Assembly: GCA_012295275.1 (NCBI GenBank)
Contig: CM022665.1
Location: 39,370,001 to 39,434,000, forward strand
From: Chrysomallon squamiferum
Taxonomy: Eukaryota > Animalia > Mollusca
DNA: 64,000 nucleotides
Reading direction: 5' to 3'
Shown: positions 42,001 through 64,000 of the stretch, piece by piece
Position numbering within the stretch: the first letter of the stretch is position 1
Layout: the number at the start of each line of letters is the position of its first letter
Notes under the pieces: model-generated
What the model was told of the DNA's origin: nothing
Database searches by the model: none
The model's input: the letters and a program-made list of their open reading frames with translations, nothing else
Position numbers and translations under genes: made by a program

Positions 42001-42638
42001 TAAAATAAACAATGAATATTATGAAACTGTGTTTAACACATACAAATCAATACACTTCTAAAGCCAGATTTCTGGTACCTGTACCTGTATTATTTACTTA
42101 TTTATTTGTATTTATTATTATTATCATTGTTATTATTATTACATTTGCTTAATTTTAATTCATTAAGTACCCACAACAATAAAAAATTTATAAAACAGGG
42201 AGTAATATTATAACCATATTTACAATATACATACATCTGTACAAAACAAACATCAGTTCTACTCTTAATGTCTTTCACTGACTCTTGTAAGAAACAATTT
42301 TTACGTAACATCAATGATGATTGCAGTCCACATGCTTCTAAGACAGAAACAATGAAGATAAAAATATCTTAACAAAACTAATTAGCGCTAGAATTATGAA
42401 AAATGGATAAAAAGGTATTTTGGAATGTAGGGCAGTAATCAAAAACCATGCTGGAATTTTACCATTTGCTGGTAATCTGGTGAAAAAAGAATAAAAACAA
42501 AATCTTAAAAATCCTTTCTTCTATTCATAAAAACATTTTCATGTCCTAACTTCAACATCAGGATTAAAATTAGTGCAGAAAGAAAAATTAATGTAAGCAC
42601 TATTGATTGTAACCAAACATAATTCATTATAATAGATG

Positions 42639-42672
<34 letters not shown>

Positions 42673-44074
42673 CAAGTAAGATCTTCAAGAACATATACGA
42701 ACATGCTTTCTGCCAGAAAGATAAAATGATAAAAATATACCTCAAAAACAATTTTAAGGTTAGGATATACAGAAAAAATAAAGCTGAGTTCAAAAGCTTT
42801 TGAACATTTAAAACAAAAATGTGATCCACTACTAAATATTATTTGAAATACTTTAACATTTCAAAAATACACATTTTCATTTTTTTCGTCCTTCAACATA
42901 CACAGCAAAAACTTAACTAATCTCATAGTCTATTTAACCTTTAGGGGGGGGTCAAAAAACCCTGACTATGTTCTGCTTTATAATACTATCATTTAAAAAT
43001 CAGTATTTGATATAAGGCATATATTCACTAACCAGTGTGATATACTAATTTCAGGACTTTAAAAGGCACATACATCAATTAGTGTGGACTAAGTAAAATC
43101 TTTACGTTATCAACACACATATAATTAAATAATAATAATAATAATTATTACTATAGCAGCCTGTGTAATAAAGGCAGTGATTCATACAAGAAATTTTCTT
43201 ATAGATATGTGCACTGGCAAATCAAAGTTTGGAATTATTATTACGAAACTGTTAATTACACATCTATACTTAACAACAAACTATTTAATTTTTGTTTTTT
43301 TCTTTTTTAAAACAATTCAATAAATCTTCAATCTCAAATTCCATCCATTTCAAATTTCATTAATTTTTTTCAAGTATATTCGATGCCAATTAAAAACAAG
43401 TATTCAAAATGTATTTTCACATCAGTTCATGTAATACTAATAAATGATTGTTAAATAGATATTGATTTTAATGGCTCTGGCCACAATATATTCTCAGCTT
43501 TTCTTCTGTTTGTTAATATGTCATTTTACATCAATATGTACTTAACTGAATGTGTAAGATTATTTATTCATATATGATCCTTTTCAAACTATTTATTTTT
43601 TTCCATAAACTCATTCACTTTTGTTAATATCTGAAGAGTAATTTTTAGTACTTATTTTCATTCTTCATTCTTTTTTTTACTGAAACTGTATCTGCAGAAC
43701 CACCTTTTACCATCTGCAAAATCATCTGAATAAAACATCTAATCCCTACAGATGCATCATCATTCTTTTACACATAGTGTTTGCTTTGCTTGTCATATGA
43801 TCATTCATTTCTGCCAGCTGTATTCTGTAGATACAATATCTTAATTCACAAACTGAGTTCTTTATTACTTTTAATGAATACTTTTGTCCATCAATGTCAT
43901 CGTTTATCATAGTCTGAAGATGTCACTTTCCATGCCAACAACAGGTCAACATGAGTTACAGTTCATGATGAAACTAATCTCAAACTTATCACAGAAACAT
44001 CTCTTCTCACTAACAAGATCTTATTTTTCCACACACAAATATAAAACACTTCTTGCAGTAACTTTTTGTTTTTG

Positions 44075-44448
44075 CATTATCAAGATCAGACCTTTTTTTT
44101 TTTTTTTTTTTTTTTACAAAATACTTTTAATATTAATTTTTTTTTTTTAACACTGTATATTCACTTTTAACATTAGCGATATCTCACCTTTTTTTTTTTT
44201 ACACAAAACTTATTTTCAACATTAACAAAATCTCACTTTTTTTTTTACACAAAACTTACTTTTAACATTAACAAAATCAATTTTTTTATATATTCACTTT
44301 TAACATTAACAAGATCTCAATTTTTTTGATTTTTTAAAAATAAAATACTCACTTTTAACATTAACAAAAAAAAGTCTTTTTTTTTAACATTAACAAGATC
44401 TTGCTTTTTCTTTTACATGATACTCACTTTTAACATTAACAAGACTTC

Positions 44449-44481
<33 letters not shown>

Positions 44482-44560
44482 TCATTTTATGTTCACACTA
44501 ACAATACTCACTTTTAAAACAAATATCATATGTTTGCACTATTAAGATCTCACTTTTTGT
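44075..44560. repeat. Degenerate ~40-55-bp tandem repeat in presumed RPS6KA5 3'UTR
   Basis: Recurrent cacttttaacattaacaagatctca-polyT units (~9 copies). Confidence 0.75.
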
Positions 44561-44728
44561 TTTAATAATATCCTACTAAATGCAGATCTCTAATTTTTTT
44601 GGAAATTTTTAATCACACAAGACCTAAAGATCACATCAAAAACCATCATATCTTTTCCAGACATTATTATCACCAAATTGAAATAAAACTTTCACTGGTA
44701 CATCTTTCCCGTAACTCATCAAACCTAA

Positions 44729-56107
<11,379 letters not shown>

Positions 56108-56398
56108 CTGAAGAAATAAATAAAATATTTTCTTAACAAATGTCACAAGATGTAAATTAAAAAGATAATATCAGATCTATTTTTCTGCAAGTAGAGTACA
56201 AATTATGATTTCTGCAGAACCAAACAGCTCATTTTAATATACCTGTAACTGGTGACATTTTTTTACCCTATCATACAATTTAAATAATAAAATAAATAAA
56301 AATTATAACTGATCTTTCATAGTATAATAACATATTTTGTTTTTTCCTATTTGAGTATTGTATTTTTCACTAACTCTATATTATACTGTGTATGTGCA

Positions 56399-56436
<38 letters not shown>

Positions 56437-56837
56437 GCAAAATATTATTTAATAAGCTTTTTCATTATAATTACATATAAATATTATATTAGATTATAAA
56501 CAAAATAAAGATTTAAACTATATCTTTTCCAACATTTAATCAACATTTAAATTCAGTAATTTTATAAATAATAAATTAGACTTTATTTCTATTGTATTTA
56601 ATAAAAATTAATAATAAATAAAATAAAAAGAGTATTTCATTAATTATAATTATTTACTAAAGCATAAATTTTTGATAAATAATATAATAATTTAAAAAAA
56701 TGAAACAACAAAACAAAAAACATGAAAAGTCCAAAATGGTTAATTAAAATATATCAAACATGCCACAACTTTCTAAAACAGAATATTTCAACCAAAAAAA
56801 TATAAGTAAAATATTATTAATAATAATAATAATAATA

Positions 56838-56882
<45 letters not shown>

Positions 56883-56990
56883 AAAATAAAATAATTAAAT
56901 TATTAAATACAAACTGATTAATTTTAAAATAAAATTGGAAAAAACAAAAAGGAAACAACTGCTGACAAATGTCAACAAAAATCCATAGAT

Positions 56991-59900
56991 AAATTATCTT
57001 AATCTGTGAAATACTGATAATAAAAATGACCTGTCATGTGGAAATGCATTTAAAGATTATTAACTTCCCTCTTCTCTCCATAAATGAATGTTAAGGGGAC
57101 ATGCTAGGCAAAAAATAACAAAATCTGAATAAACAAAATTGTTTTTTATAGTTTGCAAAATGAAGTGCACATACATTTAATAGTGATGCATAACCTCACC
57201 CCTATAGTCATAATAAGTGGAAATATGGTTTATAAAATTTCATTTGCATTTTTTTATCATCTATCGTTTTTCTACTATCCAATTTTTTTTTGAAAGATGG
57301 TGTATTTAAAAACAAACACTACAAAATCACAGAATGAAAATTTTGGAAAAATTAACTATTCATTTTATATAAACTTTATACAATCTTGTTTTCTCAAAAT
57401 ATGAATGAAAAACAATTTTTTTTAAAATTACTTCTTTTCAAGTATGTAAACAAAGACTAATTTCTTTCTGTTATTTTGTAGAGTATACATGTCTATGATG
57501 AACCCCAGCAGTTTGAATATGCATATATTGGTTTGGGTTGGAGAGGTTCATGAAATGGGGTACTATATTATTTTAAAAAAGCCAAAAATAAAAGTAACCA
57601 TTTGTCATATAAAAATGAACTAGTACTAAAAAAAAAATTTTATGGTATATTTCCATCAAGCTTCAATTCAGTAACATAAAAAATACAGATTTTTGTTATT
57701 TTCGCACATGTCCCCTTTTATGTAATATACGTTACAGGTTACTCTTTAAATAAACTAATTACCTCAATGGAATCTATCTTGTATATTAACTTTTAATAAA
57801 ACAATCATATTAATATATGGGGTTTTTTTTATATCTAGGCACTGAGTACTGTTTGAAACGGGAAAAAGTTCAGTGAATGCACTCAGAAGGATGGATCCTG
57901 GAAAGGATTATTCTGAAAGCAAGTTTTGTTCCAGCTCCTAAAAACATAATTAGATTGTTAAGATAACAGAAATGTAAAGAAAATAACTGTCAAACAAAAA
58001 TAGTTTCTGTTAGATGTTTTACCTGAACACTTAAAAAAATGACAGTCCTGTAATAAAAGAAAATTTGATGATAAAATGAAGATAATTTTTGAAATCTGAC
58101 TGACACTCACTGTATCAAAAACATTTAAGTAAAAATTAATCTTTATTGTGGTTTCAAAGTTCACAGCTGTAAAATAATTAAATTCCTGAGACATTTTCAT
58201 ATATATTTTATTTTTTCAATCTATCACTAACCTTATTCTGCCAGTAACAAACAATATCGGTGATGACAGATTGTTTCTGATATGTTCAACACATTTGTGG
58301 GTTTTTTCCAAATGCATTTATTAATCTGTCATTAATGTTAGTTTAATCAATGCTAAACTGAGTGACAAAAAAAGTTTAACTCTGCAAAATATTTATTTGT
58401 CAACACGTTATGACAGTGAAAGTTTTAAAAACATTGTTACCTGAAACTGTAATTATTTTTGTCAATTTTTAGTTAAAAACACTATTTAGCTATCAAATTG
58501 AAAGTTAGAATAATAACATTTAAATTTTGGTGTATTTTAAAACAGATCTCATAAAAAACAAAAAAAAAAAAAAAAACCACACAAGCTCTTCACATAATTT
58601 CTTTATTATTTTTGTTATATTATTTGTTGTAGACTCTTTTAAAACATGGTTTATTAACAAGTGTGCTAGGCCTCACAGTGTTTATATCACACATCAGGAT
58701 TTTACTTCATCTATACAACAATGGATAAACTTTATATATATATATATATATGTATATTTAGTTGTTTTGGGGTTTTTTTTTTTGTTACCCTTTTATTATC
58801 TGACATGTGGTAAATTATCTTAATATGTGAAACACTGGTAATAAAAATGTTCTGTCAGAAGGAAACTCATTTAAAAATTATTAACTTCCCTCCCCTCTCC
58901 ATAAATGAATGTTAAGTGGACATGCTAGGCAAAAAATGATGAAATTTGAATAAACAAAATAGGTTTTTTTAGTTTTTGACACGACTGTTTAGAAAATGTA
59001 TATAAAAATTTTTCTTCTTCAGATGAATGTTTCAGGTTTTTAGCAAAATGAAGTGCATATACACAGATTACATAATAATAATGCATATCATCACCCTTAT
59101 AGGTATAGTAGGTATAATAACTGGAAATATGGTTTATAAAACTTCATTTGTATTTTTTTATCATCACAGATTTTTGTGCTATCCTACCAATTTTTGAAAG
59201 ATGCTGTATAAAAATTGTTTATGCTAGAGTTTCCAAATTTGGAATATATATAAAGATATACACTACAAGATGACAGAAAGAAAATCTTGGAAAAATTTAA
59301 AATTCTTTTCATATAACCTTTATACAGCTTTGTTTTTTTCAAAATACAAATGAAAAACATTTTTTTTTAAAAAGATTTTTAATTACTTCTTTTGAAGTAT
59401 GTAAACAAAGACTAATTTCTTTCTGTTATTTTATAGAAATACATGTTAGTGATGAACCCCATCAGTTTGAATATGTATATATTGGTTTGGGTTGGAGAGG
59501 TTCATGAAATGGGGTACTGTAATATTAAAAAAAGCCAAAAATAAAAGTAACCATTTGTCATATAAAAATGAATTAGTACTAGTTTTTTTTTAATGGTATA
59601 TTTCCATCAAGCTTCAATTCAGTAACATAAAAAAAATTTATTTTCACCATGTGTCCCCTCAAAAAAATAAAATATTAAATAGAGAAATAATAGGCATCAA
59701 ATATACATTTATTTATTTATAAAATATACATCACAGGTTACTTTTTAAATAAACTAATTAGCTCAGTGGAATCTATCTTGTATATTAACTTTTAATAAAA
59801 CAATTAAGATAATATTTTTTCTATATATATCTAGGCATGGAGTACTGTTTGAAACGGGAAATAGTTCAATGAATGCACTCAGAAGAATGGATCCTGGAAA

Positions 59901-62900
59901 GGATTATTCTGAAAGCAACAGTTTTGTTCCAGCTCCTAAAGACATAATTAGATTGTTAAGGTAACAGAAATGTAAAGAAAATAACTGTCAAACAAAAATT
60001 GTTTCTGTCAGATAGATGTTTTACCTGAACAAGAGCTAAACACTTACAAAAATCCTGTAATAAAATAAAATTTGGTGATGCCAATGAAGATAATTTTTTA
60101 AAAACCTGTATCAAAAACATTTAAGTAAAAATTAATCTTTATTAATTGTGGTTTCAAAGTTCGCAGTTGTAAAATAATTAAATTTCTGAGACATTTTCAT
60201 ATATATTTTATTTTTTCAATCTATCACTAACCTTATTCTGCCAGTAACAAACAATATCGGTGATGACAGATTGCTTCTGATATTTTCAACACATCTGTGG
60301 GTTTTTTCCAAATGTATTAATTAATCTGTCATTAATGTAAGTTTAATCAGTGCTAAACTGAGTGACAAAAACATTTAACTCTGCAAAATATTTATTTGTC
60401 AATACGTTATGACAGTGAAAGTTGTAAAAACTGTTACCTGAAACTGTAATTTAATTCTTTTTTTTCAAATTTTTTTTTTCAAAAACAATATTTAGCTATC
60501 AAATTGAAAGTTAGAATAACAAAATTTAAATTTTGGTGTATTTTAAAATAGATTTACAAAAACAACACACAAAAAACACACACACACCTCACATAATTTC
60601 ATGACCATTATTTTTGTTATATTATTTGTTGCAGACTTTTAAAACATGGATTATTAATAAGTGTGCTAGGACCCACAGTGTATATATCACACATCAGGAT
60701 TTTATTTCATCCACTCAACAGTGGGTAAATAGTTATATATATACTATCCTATTTTTGTGTTACCCTTTTATTATCCGACATGGTAAATTATCTTATTATG
60801 TGAAACACTGATATTAAAAATGTTCTGTCACATGGAAATGCATTTAAAGATCATTAACTTCCCTCCCCTTAATGAATGTTAAGGGGACATGCTATGCAAC
60901 AAATGAAAAAATTTGAATAAACAAAATAATTTTTTAGTTTTTGACATGACCGTTTAGAAAATGTACATAAAAAATGTACTTCTTCCAATAAATGTTTCAA
61001 GTTTTTTGCAAAAGGAAGTGCATGTATACAGATTACGTAATAGTGATGTATAATATCACCCCTGTAGCCACAGTAAGTAGAATTATTGTTTATTATACTT
61101 CATTTGTATTTATTTTACTATCCTAAGATGTTTGGAAAAATGCTGTTTGAAAACTGTTTGTGCTAAAGGTTCCAAATTTGGGATATATGTATATATTTAA
61201 AAACAACACTACAGAATGACAGAAAGAAAATCTTGGAAAAATTAACTATTCTTTTCATATAACTTTTATACAACTTTCTGTTTTTTTCAAAATACAAATG
61301 AAAAACCTTTCTTTTTTCTTCATTTTTCTAAATTGCTTCTTTTCAAGTATGTAAACAAAGACTAATTTCTTTCCGTTATTTTGTAGAAATACATGTCAGT
61401 GATGAACTCCAGCAGTTTCAATATGCATATGTTGGTTTGGGTTGGAGAGGTTCATGAAATATTAAAAAAAGCCAAAAATAAAAATAACCATTTGTTATAA
61501 AAAACATGAACCAGTAGTAGTTTTTTTATGGTATATTTCCATCAAGTTTCAATTCTGTAACATAAACAGTAAAGATTTTTTTTTAATTTTTGGCTGATGT
61601 GTCCAATTAAAAAAATTAAAATATTTAATAAAGGAATGACAGGTATCAAATATACATTTATTTATTTATAAAATATACATTACAGGTAACTTTTTAAATA
61701 AATTAATTAGCTCAATAGAATCCATGTTGTATATTAACTTTTAATAAAACAATTAAGATAATATTTATCTATATATATCTAGGCACGGAGTACTGTTTGA
61801 AATGGGAAAAAGTTCAATGAATGCACTCAGAAGGATGGATCCTAGAAAGGATTATTTCTGAAAGCAAGTTTTGTTCCAGCTCCTAAAGACATAATTAGAT
61901 TGTTAAGATAACAGAAATGTAAAGAAAATAACTGTCAAACAAAAATAGTTTCTGTTAGATGTTTTACCTGAACACTTAAAAAAATGACAATTCTGTAATA
62001 AAAAAAAAATTTGGTGATGCCAATGAAGATAATTTTTGAAATCTAAATGTAAAAATTAATCTTTATTGTGGTTTCAAAGTACACAGTTGTAAAATAATTA
62101 AATTCCTGAGATATTTTCATATATATATATTATTTTTTCAATCTATCACTAACCTTATTCTGCCAGTAACAAACAATATCGGTGATGACAGATTGTTTCT
62201 GATATGTTCAACACATTTGTGTTTTTTTTCCAAATGCATTTATTAATCTGTCATTAATGTTAGTTTAATCAATGCTAAACTGAGTGACAAAAAAAGTTTA
62301 ACTCTGCAAAATATTTATTTGTCAATACGTTATGACAGTGAAAGTTTTAAAAACATTGTTACCTGAAACTGTAATTTAATTCTTTTTTTCTCTCTCTTTT
62401 TTTTAAAAAAAAAATAACATTTACTTAACAAATTGAAAGCTAAAATAATAAAATTTAACCATTTAAATTTTGTTGTATTTTAAAATAGATCTACGAAAAA
62501 AAAGAAAAAAAACCACACACACACACACCTCACATAATTTCTTGACCATTATTTTTGTTATATTATTTGTTGTAGACTCTTTTAAAACATGGATTATTAA
62601 CAAGTGTGCTAGGCCTCACAGTGTTTATATCACACATCAGGATTTTACTTCATCTATATATATGGATTTTTTTTTTTATATTTTTTTTTTTTTTTTTGGT
62701 TTTTTTTTTTTGGTTACCTTTTTATTAACTGACATGTGTTAAATTATCTTAATATGTGAAACACATTTAAAGATTATTAACTTCCCTCCTCTCTCCATAA
62801 ATAAATGTTAAGTGCTAGGCAAAAAAATAATAATTTTTTATTTTTGCTACACAAGTTCCTTTAAAGAAATATATATATATTTAATAGAGAAATAACAGGT

Positions 62901-64000
62901 ATCAAATATACATTGAGTTATTTATATAATATACATTACAGGTTACTCTTTAAATAAACTAATTAGCTCGTGTACATTAACTTTTAATAAAACAAGATGA
63001 TATGTTGGTTTTTTATATATATATATATATATATCTAGGCTTGGAGTACTGTTTGAAACTGGAAAAAGTTCAATGAATGCACTCAGAAGGATGGATCCTA
63101 GAAAGGATTATTCTGAAAGCAACAGTTTTGTTCCAGCTCCTAAAGACATAATTAGATTGTTAAGATAACAGAAATGTAAAGAAAATAACTGTCAAACAAA
63201 AATAGTTTCTGTCAGATGTTTTACCTGAACAAGAGCTAAACACTTACAAAAATCCTGTAATAAAAAAAAAAATTGTGATATCAATGAAGATAATTTTTGA
63301 AACCTGTATCAAAACTATTTAAGTAAAAATTAATCTTTATTAATTGTGGTTTCAAAGTTCACAGTTGTAAAATAATTAAATTTCTGAGATATTTTCATAT
63401 ATATTTTATTTTTTCAATCTATCACTAACCTTATTCTGCCAGTAACAAACAATATTGGTGATGACAGATTGCTTCTGATATTTTCAACACATTTGTGGTT
63501 TTTTCCAAATGCATTTATTAATCTGCCATTAATGTTAGTTTAATCAGTGCTAATTTGAGTGACAAAAAAAGTTTAACTCTGCAAAATATTTATTTGTCAA
63601 CATGTTATGACAGTGAAAGTTGTAAAAACATTGTTACCTGAAACTGTAATTCTTTTTTTCAATTTTTTTTTCAAAAACAATATTTAGCTATCAAATTGAA
63701 AGTTAGAATAATAAAATTAAAATGTTGGTGTATTAGAACCATTTAAATGTTGGTGTATTTTAAAATAGATCTACAAAAAAAAAAAAAAAAAAAAACACAA
63801 ATAAGCCTCACATAATTACTTCACCATTATTTTTGTTATATTATTTGTTGTAGACTCTTTTAAAACATGGATTATTAACAAGTGTGCTAGGACCCACAGT
63901 GTTTATATCACACATCAGGATTTTACTTCATCTATACAACAGTGGCTAAATTGTTATATATATTTTATTTTATTTGTTACTCTTTTATTATCTGATTTGT
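56991..64000. repeat. Tandem macro-repeat, ~1.8-2.0-kb unit, about 4 copies (4th internally deleted), in RPS6KA5 intron, runs to window end
   Basis: Unit start aaattatctta.t.tgtgaaa.ac at ~56991, 58812, 60785, 62741; marker gagtactgtttgaaa at ~57844, 59840, 61788, 63044; marker ctatcactaaccttattctgccag at ~58221, 60221, 62143, 63419. Confidence 0.95.
57095..57715. mobile_element. Non-autonomous DNA transposon with TTAA target site (Kolobok-like) embedded in the repeat unit
   Basis: TTAA|ggggacatg...catgtcccc|ttt; decayed equivalents at ~58916-59658 and ~60883-61605. Confidence 0.55.

Noticed and set aside
57490-57560. Hammerhead ribozyme or SECIS in the repeat hairpin
   Set aside because: No CUGANGA core with correctly placed GAAA and no SECIS quartet geometry; lies within a transposon-like element.
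58255-58365. Box C/D snoRNA-like GTGATGA...CTGA in each repeat unit
   Set aside because: Antisense to the MSK host, first CTGA too close to box C, no proper terminal stem, distal CTGA mutated in copy 4, no recognisable rRNA guide.
56991-64000. Array as duplicated mutually exclusive MSK exons
   Set aside because: Minus-strand reading of the conserved blocks examined shows no kinase-like peptide and contains stops.

Overview
Very AT-rich, microsatellite-laden animal genomic DNA with spliceosomal GT-AG introns; probably a mollusc (inferred). Manual splicing gives seven protein-coding genes: the 3' end of usherin (USH2A, +), DCAF4 (-), RRP15 (+, head-to-head with DCAF4), PGGHG/ATHL1 GH65 glucosidase (+), an RDH13-like SDR (-), PRORSD1/ProXp-ala-like deacylase (-) and most of MSK kinase RPS6KA5 (-, 5' exons beyond the window). 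Main anomalies: three frameshifts confined to usherin while about 8.9 kb of neighbouring CDS is clean; Ser-to-Cys at the RDH13 catalytic serine; a signal-peptide-bearing PGGHG; and a ~1.9-kb tandem array in an MSK intron carrying a TTAA-flanked transposon and exon-like blocks that splice into an open antisense ORF in one copy. No rRNA, tRNA or CRISPR seen. I cannot demonstrate a wholly new system; the intronic array is the best candidate.
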